Below, one piece after another: positions 16,319-26,950 of a stretch of 50,923 bases of DNA. A program made the position numbers and the translations under genes. The notes beneath the pieces are model-generated. The model worked only from the letters and a program-made list of their open reading frames with translations, was not told where the DNA came from and ran no database searches. The DNA comes from a virus (taxonomy: Duplodnaviria; Caudoviricetes): the IMG/VR virus record IMGVR_UViG_3300023181_000011, positions 1 to 50,923 of that record; one strand, written 5' to 3'. Every line of letters begins with the position of its first letter. The stretch's first letter is position 1.

Positions 16319-18480
16319 CTAATAAACTATACAGGACTGCCGTTCGCGGACTGATCACTGAAGCGTCTGAACTGACGTTCCCTGAGAACAGCACGCTGGA
16401 CGAAGACAACTGCATTATTTACCGTAAGGGTAATCGGTCTCGCCGCCTCGGTTTTAACATCGAGGAAAATGGCGCTGTGTCCGACTACATCATTGCGGAC
16501 CTTGCCAGCACGGCCATGAAGGAATACGTCTGGTCTTCGGTCAACAACATTGCTGAAACGAACTTCCTGTGCAAGCAGATCGGCAGTACTCTTTATTTCT
16601 ACGACCTCGCCAAGACTCCACTGTCTGATGGCCGTAAGCCCTTTACCGTCAACCTAAACCTTTACCTCGCCCCCACTCAGACCACGATGTATCAGTCTGA
16701 AGTGCAGATGGCTGCGGGTAAGGGTTATCTGTTTGTTGTCGGTGAACGCATTGAACCCCTGATCGTCACGTACGATGCCTCGACTAATACGATCAGCGTC
16801 CAGAAGATTTACATTCAGATTCGAGACTTCCGGGGGGTTGACGATGGCTTAGCCAATGACGCAGAGCCGACGACCCTTTCGGATACTCACCATTACAACC
16901 TCCGGAACCAAGGTTGGGTTAACCCCAAGAACACTGGCTCCGGCAACGTCGTTCAGTACTTCGATACTTTCGGCAACATCGGGTCTTACAATGCACCCGA
17001 CAGCTCGGTCATCAATGAGTACAAGACAGCGACAAGCCGTTACCCCGGGAACAACAAGCAATGGTGGACGTCACGAGACGCAACCACTAATGCCTTCAGC
17101 CCAGCCCTCCTTGAGAGCTTCTACAGCGGCAACAACCGAGCCCCCCGTGGCCACTTCATCGTCAACGCCTTTAACATTGACCGAAGTGCTGTAAGCGGCA
17201 TCCCGAACCTTAACGTCGAAGCAACCGCCGAGCGTCCCGTTTCTGTAGCATTCTTCAGTGGCCGGGTCTGGTTCCTGTCTGCTTCGTCTGTTTACTTTAG
17301 CCAAGTGCTCGACACCAAGAACAAGGCGGGCTTCTGCTATCAAGAAGCTGACCCAACGTCAGAAGACATCAGCGAACTGGTTCCAACTGACGGCGGTGTG
17401 ATCCCGATCCCTGAAATGTCCAAGGGCGTCCGCCTGATCCCGTTGGGTTCTGGTATAGTTGTCTTTGGCATCAATGGCATCTGGTCCATCACAGGGACGT
17501 CTGCTGGCTTTACGGCTAACGATATCTCAGTGTCGAAGGTTAACCCCATCGGCTGTGAAGCACCTAACAGTGTCGTCGAAGCTGAAGGTCAAGTGTACTG
17601 GTGGTCCCGCGTGGGTATCCTCGCGATGTCCCCCAAGATGGGTCAGTTCGGTCCAGTCGAAGGTATCTTTGACAAGACGAACATTACGGAACAAACCATC
17701 CAGACCTTCTACAGCGAAGGTATCCCGGAGAACCGTAAGCCGTTTGTCAAGGGTGCGTACGATCCAGCAACCAACAGTATCCAGTGGTTGTTCAGTGACG
17801 ATCCAACTGTACCCAACTACATGTACAACAGGGTCCTCAACCTCGACCTGACGCTTCAAGCCTTTTACCCTTGGTCTCTCAGCAAGGTTGGTTCTAAGAT
17901 CAGTGGCATCTTCGTCACCCCCAAGATCAACCTGATTGACCATCCGGCGATCAAGGACAGCTTCTTCAAGTACTGCTTCGTCACACCAATCGGTGGTGAC
18001 GCCTTTGGTCGCTTCGAAGACAGTTCGTTCTCAGACTTCAGATACGAAGACGAAGTCGGTAAGCCTTACTTGTCGTTTGCCAATACCGGTTACGAATTGC
18101 TTGAAGACGCTATGCGTGGGAAGATGACGCCTTATGTGTTCACTTACTTTAGGCGGACCGAAGAGAACTACGTCGAAGACGGGACTGACTACAAAGTCGA
18201 CAAACCATCCTCCTGCTATGTTCAGGTCAGATGGAACTGGGCGAATAGTTCAGTTGCCGGTAAATGGTCCGCTAAGGTCCAAGGCTATCGACATACCCGC
18301 ATCCCTCAGTTCACTGACGACGCCTTAGGGTTCGACACAGGTTATCCCATCGTTGTCACTAAACACAAGTTCCGCGGGACAGGTAAAGCTGTTCAGTTCA
18401 GGTTCGAGTGTGACGAGATCGGTAAAGACTTCGACCTGCTTGGGTGGGCCGTCAACTACAACGGAGCAACTCAGGTCTAA
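16303..18480 (+). CDS. Tail tubular protein B / nozzle (T7 gp12-like)
   Basis: 725 aa beta-propeller-like; GLITEAS.L.FPEN start; gene position. Confidence 0.88.
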   Translation: MARAVANKLYRTAVRGLITEASELTFPENSTLDEDNCIIYRKGNRSRRLGFNIEENGAVSDYIIADLASTAMKEYVWSSVNNIAETNFLCKQIGSTLYFYDLAKTPLSDGRKPFTVNLNLYLAPTQTTMYQSEVQMAAGKGYLFVVGERIEPLIVTYDASTNTISVQKIYIQIRDFRGVDDGLANDAEPTTLSDTHHYNLRNQGWVNPKNTGSGNVVQYFDTFGNIGSYNAPDSSVINEYKTATSRYPGNNKQWWTSRDATTNAFSPALLESFYSGNNRAPRGHFIVNAFNIDRSAVSGIPNLNVEATAERPVSVAFFSGRVWFLSASSVYFSQVLDTKNKAGFCYQEADPTSEDISELVPTDGGVIPIPEMSKGVRLIPLGSGIVVFGINGIWSITGTSAGFTANDISVSKVNPIGCEAPNSVVEAEGQVYWWSRVGILAMSPKMGQFGPVEGIFDKTNITEQTIQTFYSEGIPENRKPFVKGAYDPATNSIQWLFSDDPTVPNYMYNRVLNLDLTLQAFYPWSLSKVGSKISGIFVTPKINLIDHPAIKDSFFKYCFVTPIGGDAFGRFEDSSFSDFRYEDEVGKPYLSFANTGYELLEDAMRGKMTPYVFTYFRRTEENYVEDGTDYKVDKPSSCYVQVRWNWANSSVAGKWSAKVQGYRHTRIPQFTDDALGFDTGYPIVVTKHKFRGTGKAVQFRFECDEIGKDFDLLGWAVNYNGATQV

Positions 18481-18896
18481 TGGTTCGTAAAGCAACAGAA
18501 GCTGACATCGGCTTCGTCCTTGACAAGGTCCGCGACTTCCACGCATACAGTCCGTATCGTGATGTCCCTCTTGACGAGGAGTCGATTACACAACTAATCT
18601 ACGGTCTTCTGGCTGGTGGTGTTATCTTCGTCTCAGACGTTGGTTTCATTGCCGGTCAGATTACTCCACTGTTCATTAACCCAAAGCAAAAGGTCGCTAA
18701 CGAAATCGCTTGGTGGTCACCAGAAGGTGGCGGACAAGAGCTTCGGGAAGTGTTCGAGCAATGGGCAAAGGACAACGGTGCGCACGCAGTACAGCTTTCA
18801 ATCCTCAACGACGAAAGGGCAGGACGAATGCAACAAATGTTAACTGATCTCGACTACCGCCCAATCGAAGTTGCTTACATTAAAGGATTAGCGTAA
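18480..18896 (+). CDS. GNAT-fold protein (T7 gp13-position virion assembly factor)
   Basis: MVRKAT.aD start, E.AWW...G.G..L...FE.WAK..GA motif A; TAATG coupling. Confidence 0.8.
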   Translation: MVRKATEADIGFVLDKVRDFHAYSPYRDVPLDEESITQLIYGLLAGGVIFVSDVGFIAGQITPLFINPKQKVANEIAWWSPEGGGQELREVFEQWAKDNGAHAVQLSILNDERAGRMQQMLTDLDYRPIEVAYIKGLA

Positions 18897-19351
18897 TGGC
18901 CGTTCTTACTGCTATTGCTGCAACGGCCCTAGCGGTTTCTGCTGGGTCAACGATTTACAGCGCTAATCAACAGAACAAAGCATCTAAGGCCAACCAAGCT
19001 GCTGCGGGTCTTGACCGTCAACGTATGAACCTACAAGTTGCCCGCGAGAAGCGTGACGCCATTAAGGCCGCTAGGTTCTCGTACGCACAGGCACAACAAG
19101 GTGCAGAGAACCAAGGCGCTCAGTACAGCTCAAGCTCTGAAGGCGGCCTAGGCTCCATCCAGAGCCAGCTTGGTTCAAACCTTTCGTTCCTCGACCAGAA
19201 CCAAATTCTTGCAGATGCAGCTTCGGTTCAGATCGGTCGAGCCAATACTTACATGTCTCGGGCCAGAACGGCTGACGCTGTCGGGTCTGTTGCAAACTCT
19301 GTCTTCGCTAACTCTGATACTATTTCAAAAGTCTGGAAAGGCGCAAACTAA
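18896..19351 (+). CDS. Internal virion protein (gp14-like)
   Basis: A/Q/S-rich, hydrophobic N terminus, gene position. Confidence 0.75.
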   Translation: MAVLTAIAATALAVSAGSTIYSANQQNKASKANQAAAGLDRQRMNLQVAREKRDAIKAARFSYAQAQQGAENQGAQYSSSSEGGLGSIQSQLGSNLSFLDQNQILADAASVQIGRANTYMSRARTADAVGSVANSVFANSDTISKVWKGAN

Positions 19352-19354
19352 TAA

Positions 19355-22300
19355 ATGGCTAATCCCTTTGAGAGCTTGGCCCAGACGTCGGGACCCTTCG
19401 AGAACGTTCAGCTTCCAACTGAGCCTGAAGCACCTACGCCTGCCCTAGCTCGCTTCCGTCGTGCCCAAGTGGTTGCGGCAGCCAACATCGACGTCTCGTC
19501 AGACGACATCTTTCAGAACTTCGAACAACTGACAGACCAGTACATTAAGAACACCGAACTGTACGGTGAAACTCAAGACGACATCGCGGTGGCTGAACGT
19601 CGCCGTAACCGTGCTGTCAACGCTGCGATGAACCTCGCTCAAGACGCCCCGAACTTCGATCCGACTGGTGAACTCCAAGAAGGCGCTGTGCTGGCTACTC
19701 GTCAAGCAATCGGTGCTGACATCGAGCGTGAACGTCAGGCTGCCCTTGAAAAGGAAGCTGTTGACAACATCATGGACTTGGCCGCTGGCGGTAACCGTAC
19801 GCAAGCTGAGACGATGATCAATGCCCTCGAACATGGGTCTGTTGTTGACCAAGCCCGGGACTACGCTGCAAAGGCTATGATCCTTCAGCGGGAGATCGAC
19901 CGAGCTGGCCTAGAGTACAGCAACGAGCCTTGGTTCGCCCATGTGGTTAACTTTGCTGTCTCCGTCATTCCGTTCCAGAAGTCCTCGGGGGCTGTGGGTA
20001 ACGTCAACGTTGAAGGCCGTAACTGGCTAGAGTCCATCGGTGACCGTGTCTGGTCTGGTGAACGTCGGAACATGGAAGCTTCGGCTCTCATGAACATCAG
20101 TGACCCAGAAGAGTTTGCCCGTATCCTGCGTGAACAGGTGATCCCCAATATCCATGAGAACAGCACGCTGCTGGGTTGGACCGATAAGTCGGAAGAACTC
20201 AACCTATTGGCTGGCCTCAAGGACCGTGGCCGTCCCGTCTTAAACAATGCCTTTAACACCCTCGACAACTTCGGTCTCGTCGGTGCTGGTGAGATTGCTG
20301 CTGGTGCTAAGTTCGCTACCAGTCTCCCTCGTATGCTTGTGGGCCTAGGAGCCCGCCGGGAGGGTGCTGGGGCGCTTGCTGCTGCGGCTGCTAAGTTCAC
20401 TGCCGGTGGTGCAGAAGAAGCCGTACAGAGGGCTGGTATTGCGTCTGTCAACGACGTAGCTGACGAACTGATGCCAACCATTGTCCGCCCTGACGGGGGA
20501 GACATGGTGGTCCCTGTTCAAGCTGCTGCTAACCTTGGTCTTGAGAACGGTCTGCGTATCCGTGACAGCCTTGAGCGTCTGGTTCAAACTGGCCGCTTTG
20601 CTGACGACGCTGAAAAAGAAGCAGCCATTCAGGCACTCAAAGACAGCTCAGCCGGGGCCTTCGGGGCTAACCGAGTGGTCGACATTCGCCGGGGTGAAAC
20701 ACTTCTGGCCGACGACAGCTCGACAAACACCATTGAGTTTGTTCTGGGTAAGACAGCTGAAGAGGGTTACAGCAACCCTGCACACGCTAAGGCTTACGCT
20801 GACAGCTTAGGCTTCAGTAACGCCCGAGTCATTCAAGGTGAAGGCGGACAACACTTCGTCTCCGTCACCCGCGACCTTCCTGAAACTGGTTGGTACAGCA
20901 ATGCACTCAACGTCAAGACCAACAACGTCCTAAGCCGCTTCCTGCTTGGTGCCCGTCAACGCTCTGACGAGTTCCTTGCTAACAGGGCTCAAGTCTCTGA
21001 GAACACTCGGAACAAGATTGTCAACGATCACGTCCGCACCCTGTTCAAAGAGATCAACATCGACCCTGTGTCTAAGGACCGTGTTGCCCAACTGTGGCAG
21101 CTCGGAGAGTCTAAGGACAAGTGGTTCAGCCTCGAAGAAGCCAACATCTGGTATCAACGCGGGTTCCAACGGGACATCAGCCCCAAGGAATGGAAAGCTT
21201 ACAACGGTCTCCGTGACATCAACGACTTCGAATATGCTATCCGTAATGACCTTCGCTACAAAGAACTGGTTGTTAAGGGTTACGAAACTGTTGGCTTTGA
21301 TGCTGCTGGTCAACACTTCGACCAACTCAACGGCATTGTTGACGACACCTTTAGCCGTCCCATTCAAGGCCGGGCTTGGAATGCGTCCACCAATGGCTAC
21401 AGCTCACGCCTGACCGCTGAAGAGATTGAGCGCCTGACTAACGAAGGTTACGTCATGGTTCATCTGGACGACGCTCAGAACTTGGCTAACGGCAAGCAGC
21501 TGACGTCTGTAATCGTTAAGCGAGATCAGATGGTCCGCGATCAACTGAACCGCATTCAGCTCCCTTATAGGGCTGGTGGCCACCGTATCTACAAAGAGAA
21601 GTTCTTTGTGAAGCAGGCCCGCCGGATGGTTGACGAGGACGGTAACGAAGTCTGGCAGTCGCCTTCCACGTTCATGGTTGGTACTGCTGCTGAGGCTAAG
21701 GTCTGGGCTGAAACGATGGAACAAGCACGCCTCATTGCCGTCAGTGACAACCCCAGCCTCCAAGCTATCGACGATGTGTTCAAGGGCCGCGCTGGTTATC
21801 CCACTGCTGAACAGTTCATGTCCAACCTTGAGACCGGGAAGTACTCCAAGGAGTTCAGCTTCACGTCTATGTTTGACCGCGAACTGCCTCGTGAATACGA
21901 CAACCTCGGTTCGTCCTTTACTCAAGGCGACATTGACGAAGAAGGTATCACGTCTTACCTGCGGACCAATGGCCGTCTGTACTACAGTCAAAAGGGTGAC
22001 GAAGCTCTGGTGGACTGGCAAGGGGCTCAGGCTCCTGTGCTTAACGCCTACGAGTCAGTCAACCGTGCGTTCAACAACATCGCTAACCTGTCCAGCTACA
22101 ACGACTACAAGCTGACGTCTATTGATCGCTGGGTGAAAACCTTTGGTGGTGCAATCGATCAAAGCTCAGTTCCAAGTGGTGCCTCCAACATGCAGAAGTT
22201 CCTTGACGCTAAGCCGTCTATGGGCGCTACTCGTGACGGTGTCAAGCAGGCGATGTTGGATCAACGTGCAATCATCATGCGTAACCTTGGTTGGAAGACT

Positions 22301-23959
22301 GAGGCTGACGCAGGCTTTGACGAAGCAACGAGGCGCTTCCACAGCTTTGTGATGGGCGCTGATCCGTCCAGCCTGAGGCACGAAGCAAGTCGACAAGCGC
22401 TTAACTGGTGGACTGAAAAGAACCCTATCCAGTCTCTGCGCGGTATGGCTTTCGACCTTAAGCTTGGTCTGTTCAATCCAACGCAGCTGTTCCTGCAAGC
22501 CGGTACGTTCCTTGCCATTACGGCAATTGACCCTGCTGGTGCTGGACGTGCTGTACTGTCTGGTCCCGTCCTCCGCCACTACCTGATGCGTAGGTCCGGC
22601 GAGGAAACCTTGGACGCTTACGTCAAGGCGGGTCTACACACTAAGATGGGCTTCCCTGACGAGACTGAGTTCCGGGCGTTCATGGGTGCTGCTAAGAACT
22701 CCGGGTTCTTCAGCATCAACGAAAGCCACAGCTTGGTCAACGCTATGGGGCCGTCCACCATTAACCTGATGGGTGACCCGATCAAAGACGTTAGGCAGAT
22801 GGGTCGTTTCTTCTTTAACGAAGGTGAGACGATTAACCGTATGGCTGCGTTCCGGGTTGCTTGGGACAGGACGATCAAGAAGTACAGCGGTGTTTCAAAC
22901 ATTGTCGGGAAGGATCAAGTCCTTAACGAAATCTTTGGTGAAGCTGAGAAGTTCGCTTTCTCGATGTCTCGTCCAAGTCAAGCTTGGTGGCAGCAAGGTC
23001 TGGCTTCCATTCCCACTCAGTTCTTTGCTTATCAAGCACGGATGGCTGAGATGATGTTTGGCGGTCAGCTGACTCGTGCTGAACGGGCTCGTCTAATCAT
23101 CAGTCAATCTCTTCTGTACGGTACGTCTGGCGTCCCTCTTGCGGGTGTCGTCAGCGACTTGATCAAGCAGAAGACTGGTGAAGCCCCTGACATCAACACT
23201 CCGGCGGGCTTTATCGACCGAGGCTTTATGGACTGGGCCATCAACGGCGCCACAGGGGCAGACGTCCTTGCTGGTCAACGTCTTGGTACTGGTCGCTTCC
23301 TTGGTGACACTGTGGGCGATCTGTTTGGCTTCTCCAAGTACGGAGAGACGAATACCATGGACGTCGTTGGTGGTGCTACGTACAGCATCACTGAAGACCT
23401 CGCCAAATCCCTGATGCCGTTCATCAAGTATTCGATGGACGCTTCTGGTGGTGACCCCGGGCGGGCTCTTGAGCAACGGCACCTTAAGGCCATTGCGATG
23501 AACATCAGCTCACTGTCTAACCTGACGAAGTTCATGCTCATCCGCAACTACGGTGAGTACACGACTAACAAGGGTCGGGTCATGGCCAACGACGTTCCAG
23601 CTGTTAACGCTTGGGCGACGTTGCTCCTAGGTGCTGCCCCTGCCGAGTCCGATCAGATCGGTGCCATCATGGCTTACCAGAAAGACCGGAAGAAAGTGGT
23701 GACCGAAGCGACGACTGTTATCGAACAGTACAACGTTCAGGTCCTCAATCACCCCGACCGTGCTGACGATCTTGGTCTCGAACTCAACGCATTCTTGAAT
23801 ATGTTGGACCCCGAGGTCAAGCGTGAAGCAATCGAAAAAGCTAGAAAGCCTGACGAGTCCCTGCTGGCCTCTCTTGAGGAACGTATGGAACGACAACAGG
23901 CTGAACGTGACGTCATTAATCAACTAGAAGGAAGCGCCGATAGTGGGCAGTCTTACTGA
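19355..23959 (+). CDS. Large internal virion (ejectosome) protein
   Basis: 1534 aa, helical, position among the core proteins. Confidence 0.8.
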   Translation: MANPFESLAQTSGPFENVQLPTEPEAPTPALARFRRAQVVAAANIDVSSDDIFQNFEQLTDQYIKNTELYGETQDDIAVAERRRNRAVNAAMNLAQDAPNFDPTGELQEGAVLATRQAIGADIERERQAALEKEAVDNIMDLAAGGNRTQAETMINALEHGSVVDQARDYAAKAMILQREIDRAGLEYSNEPWFAHVVNFAVSVIPFQKSSGAVGNVNVEGRNWLESIGDRVWSGERRNMEASALMNISDPEEFARILREQVIPNIHENSTLLGWTDKSEELNLLAGLKDRGRPVLNNAFNTLDNFGLVGAGEIAAGAKFATSLPRMLVGLGARREGAGALAAAAAKFTAGGAEEAVQRAGIASVNDVADELMPTIVRPDGGDMVVPVQAAANLGLENGLRIRDSLERLVQTGRFADDAEKEAAIQALKDSSAGAFGANRVVDIRRGETLLADDSSTNTIEFVLGKTAEEGYSNPAHAKAYADSLGFSNARVIQGEGGQHFVSVTRDLPETGWYSNALNVKTNNVLSRFLLGARQRSDEFLANRAQVSENTRNKIVNDHVRTLFKEINIDPVSKDRVAQLWQLGESKDKWFSLEEANIWYQRGFQRDISPKEWKAYNGLRDINDFEYAIRNDLRYKELVVKGYETVGFDAAGQHFDQLNGIVDDTFSRPIQGRAWNASTNGYSSRLTAEEIERLTNEGYVMVHLDDAQNLANGKQLTSVIVKRDQMVRDQLNRIQLPYRAGGHRIYKEKFFVKQARRMVDEDGNEVWQSPSTFMVGTAAEAKVWAETMEQARLIAVSDNPSLQAIDDVFKGRAGYPTAEQFMSNLETGKYSKEFSFTSMFDRELPREYDNLGSSFTQGDIDEEGITSYLRTNGRLYYSQKGDEALVDWQGAQAPVLNAYESVNRAFNNIANLSSYNDYKLTSIDRWVKTFGGAIDQSSVPSGASNMQKFLDAKPSMGATRDGVKQAMLDQRAIIMRNLGWKTEADAGFDEATRRFHSFVMGADPSSLRHEASRQALNWWTEKNPIQSLRGMAFDLKLGLFNPTQLFLQAGTFLAITAIDPAGAGRAVLSGPVLRHYLMRRSGEETLDAYVKAGLHTKMGFPDETEFRAFMGAAKNSGFFSINESHSLVNAMGPSTINLMGDPIKDVRQMGRFFFNEGETINRMAAFRVAWDRTIKKYSGVSNIVGKDQVLNEIFGEAEKFAFSMSRPSQAWWQQGLASIPTQFFAYQARMAEMMFGGQLTRAERARLIISQSLLYGTSGVPLAGVVSDLIKQKTGEAPDINTPAGFIDRGFMDWAINGATGADVLAGQRLGTGRFLGDTVGDLFGFSKYGETNTMDVVGGATYSITEDLAKSLMPFIKYSMDASGGDPGRALEQRHLKAIAMNISSLSNLTKFMLIRNYGEYTTNKGRVMANDVPAVNAWATLLLGAAPAESDQIGAIMAYQKDRKKVVTEATTVIEQYNVQVLNHPDRADDLGLELNAFLNMLDPEVKREAIEKARKPDESLLASLEERMERQQAERDVINQLEGSADSGQSY

Positions 23960-26561
23960 TAACTTAGCCAGCGTCAACTCTTCTGCTAGGGTCATTGATC
24001 CTCAGAACGACAAAGGCCCCAGCTTCCTTCAAGGGCTTGCCCAGATTGCCGAGACTGCCGTAACTGGTGGGTCTCGGCTCTTTGAGCGGGCAGAAGCTGA
24101 CAATGCTCGAACGGCTGCAAGCAGGGCTAAGGCCGCTGAAGACACAGCAAAGAACGCTGCTGCTCTTCTGGCGTACCAACAAGGTACCAACCAAGGTGCC
24201 TTTGCTCCACCCCCTGTGCTCAACCCCGCGCCTCAACAAGGGCGATACGAAGGCCCTGTGCCTATCGACTCGTCTCTCGAAGGTGCTCCCCCGCCTCCCG
24301 GCACAGAGCGTGCAGTCAATGAAGTCGTAAGGGCTCAGCAAGCAGAAGACCAAGGTCGGGCACCGTCTGGCTCAGGTCGTATCCTGCTTGAGACGAAGAT
24401 CAACGAACTGTTTGCTCGTCACCCTGAACAGATTAACGAAATGACTAAGGTCTTCCGCGAGGCGGGTCTTGATCACTTCCTGTTCAGAGCGCGAGACACA
24501 GAAGAGGCGATTTACGACAGCCAGACAAAGGCTGAGCTTGACGGGGCTAACACTCTGTACGAGACTGCCATTAAGGCCGGTGTCGCTACTCAGGGTGCTA
24601 CGTTTGCAGAAGTAGTGGAACAAGGTCGGGCTATTGCTCATCAGACTTACGTAGCCGAACAAGCCAAAGCTACTGCTGAAGCTAGTCGAGCTGCTACTGC
24701 TGAAGGTCGTTCTTCGTTTGAGTTCAATCAAAAGAATGCAGACCGAGACGTGGGGATTGCTGTTACTAGGTCACTGACCACAGCTGTCCAGCCGTTCTTT
24801 AACCGCATCACCGAGCTGGCTGTTCAAGCTGGTCAGAACCCTAACGATCAACAAACCGTTGAACTTGCTTTCCCCGAGCTGGCTGCTGGTGTTGACCTAA
24901 TCATCAACAACCACATCGCTGCCCTTCGTCAAGCTGGTGCACCCCCGAGTGCCATCGAAGAAGCACAGAAGCAAGCCAACACTTACAAGCAGTCGTTCCA
25001 GTCTCTGATGTCTGGTCCTCTGTCTCAAGCTGCTGCAACGACTCGTGCCGTGACTGGTATCAGTAATCAACTGCAACTTGACTTCGCTCAGTCGATGCCT
25101 GTTACTTCAGGTCTCATCGAACTGCTGGGTCGCTCTGCTGTAACTGAGCTGGCTGGTGGTAACATTGCTTCCATCCTACCTGCTGGTATGATTGCCGAGC
25201 TTAAGGGCGAAGCAGCGAACATTAGCGGCGTGATAGATACTGACGAAGAAAAGATGTCGCTTGCCAAGATGGCGGCTCTCCTGCGTGGCAAGACGGGTAT
25301 CCGTGAGCTGACTGAGGCTCAGGCCCTTGAAGCCATGCCGACCCTCGTAACGGCTGCCATAGGCGGACAACGAGACATTGCGGGTAATGTCCCCGGTGCA
25401 AACCGTGAGACGTACTTCAATGCCAACCTGAACATCATGAACGCTGCTATGGAAATCCAGCCGGGTCAAGACACGTCGAGCACTCGGGCAACCGCTGTTG
25501 CAACTCAAGCCGCCTTCGGGACCACGGCTCGTCAAGCTCAGCTGGCCTTTGTTCGGACCAACCCTGAAGAAGGTCGAATCCTTATTACGGCTGGTCGGGC
25601 TTCGTCTTACCATCTGTATCAAGGCCTCAAGAATCGTCAACTGGACGACACCGAGACCAACAACGGTCTGTGGGGTTTCATCTGGGACGACACTGTTAAG
25701 TCTTTCCGCCCACAGCTGAACGAACGGGCTGCCCGCAATCTGGTCACCCAAAGGGCTCAAGGTGGCGGCACCCCCATCACCATTGACGGCCTTAGGTCTG
25801 CTGGTCCGCCGACTCGCCTGAACAACCACGTCAATAGCCTTACGTCACTGATGAACTACCAAGTGGCTACGGCACCGTTTGACGACGACTTCAAGGGCGC
25901 TACGCCTCGTGAAGTTCAACTGTTCATGCTCAACGGCACCCTGCCCCGGTCCATGCAACAGGCTCAAGAAGCTGGACGCACTGTTCAACAAGGTCTGCAA
26001 ATGCTTCGGACTGATCTGGGACGTGCTGTGTCTGATTCCATTAACTTCCAAGTGGAGGCTACTCAAACGAACAATCCAGTAACACCACCCCGTGGAGAGC
26101 TTCAGACAACCGTAAGGGATCGGGCTGAACGCATGGGGCTTCCTTGGGGTCTCGTTAATCGCCTAGTGTCTCGTGAATCTACTTGGGACGCTAACGCAGA
26201 GAACACCAAGACCCAAGCCCGCGGTCTGTTCCAAATCAATGACGACAGAACTGATCGGTCTCTTGACGAGAACATCAACGACGGTCTGGCCATCGTGAAG
26301 GAATCCATGCAAGTGGCTCAACGAGTCCTTGGTCGTCCCCCGTTTGATTGGGAGACGTACGTGGTTCACCAACAAGGCAACGGCGGCGGTGGGGCTCTAC
26401 TGAACCCAGCTAATGCCAACAAGACTGCCCTAGAGGTTCTGACACAAGCGTACAGAGGTAACAGCCGTCTGGCCACTCAGGCCATTGTCGGTAACGGCGG
26501 TAACACTTCGATGACTGCGGCTGAGTTCGCACAGTCGATCAAACGCTTCTTTGAAGGCTAA
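23943..26561 (+). CDS. Internal virion protein with C-terminal lytic transglycosylase (SLT) domain
   Basis: LVSRES.wd..A.N....ARGLFQI ... Y..HQQG. Confidence 0.85.
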   Translation: MGSLTDNLASVNSSARVIDPQNDKGPSFLQGLAQIAETAVTGGSRLFERAEADNARTAASRAKAAEDTAKNAAALLAYQQGTNQGAFAPPPVLNPAPQQGRYEGPVPIDSSLEGAPPPPGTERAVNEVVRAQQAEDQGRAPSGSGRILLETKINELFARHPEQINEMTKVFREAGLDHFLFRARDTEEAIYDSQTKAELDGANTLYETAIKAGVATQGATFAEVVEQGRAIAHQTYVAEQAKATAEASRAATAEGRSSFEFNQKNADRDVGIAVTRSLTTAVQPFFNRITELAVQAGQNPNDQQTVELAFPELAAGVDLIINNHIAALRQAGAPPSAIEEAQKQANTYKQSFQSLMSGPLSQAAATTRAVTGISNQLQLDFAQSMPVTSGLIELLGRSAVTELAGGNIASILPAGMIAELKGEAANISGVIDTDEEKMSLAKMAALLRGKTGIRELTEAQALEAMPTLVTAAIGGQRDIAGNVPGANRETYFNANLNIMNAAMEIQPGQDTSSTRATAVATQAAFGTTARQAQLAFVRTNPEEGRILITAGRASSYHLYQGLKNRQLDDTETNNGLWGFIWDDTVKSFRPQLNERAARNLVTQRAQGGGTPITIDGLRSAGPPTRLNNHVNSLTSLMNYQVATAPFDDDFKGATPREVQLFMLNGTLPRSMQQAQEAGRTVQQGLQMLRTDLGRAVSDSINFQVEATQTNNPVTPPRGELQTTVRDRAERMGLPWGLVNRLVSRESTWDANAENTKTQARGLFQINDDRTDRSLDENINDGLAIVKESMQVAQRVLGRPPFDWETYVVHQQGNGGGGALLNPANANKTALEVLTQAYRGNSRLATQAIVGNGGNTSMTAAEFAQSIKRFFEG

Positions 26562-26950
26562 TGACGACACCACCGATTGGCTTGGCGCTGGCTCTCCGAA
26601 AGGCGAACCGGCGTCGAGTCGTCACCATCAACCCCAGTGAACTGACTGGGCCTATGGGTCCAATGGGGCCTGCTGGTCCGTCAGCCCGTGTTGAACTACC
26701 TAGTGTAACTATTGCTGAAACAGCGACCATCGCCATCAACGCAGGTATTAGGTCAATCAACCTCAGCTGTCCCGGTCTCTTTAAAGACGAAGCAGTTTTC
26801 ATAACGGCTGTGTCTGCTGTACCGGCTGGGTACATGATCGGACACTGTCAGGCAATCAGCGATGGGACACTTAATGTCCGGCTGCTGGTCCCTCTTATCG
26901 CCCTTGGGGCTTCATACTCAATCACTTGTAAGGTCTTTGTGCTACGATGA
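26561..26950 (+). CDS. Short collagen-like fibre-associated protein
   Basis: GPMGPMGPAGP repeat followed by a beta domain. Confidence 0.7.
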   Translation: MTTPPIGLALALRKANRRRVVTINPSELTGPMGPMGPAGPSARVELPSVTIAETATIAINAGIRSINLSCPGLFKDEAVFITAVSAVPAGYMIGHCQAISDGTLNVRLLVPLIALGASYSITCKVFVLR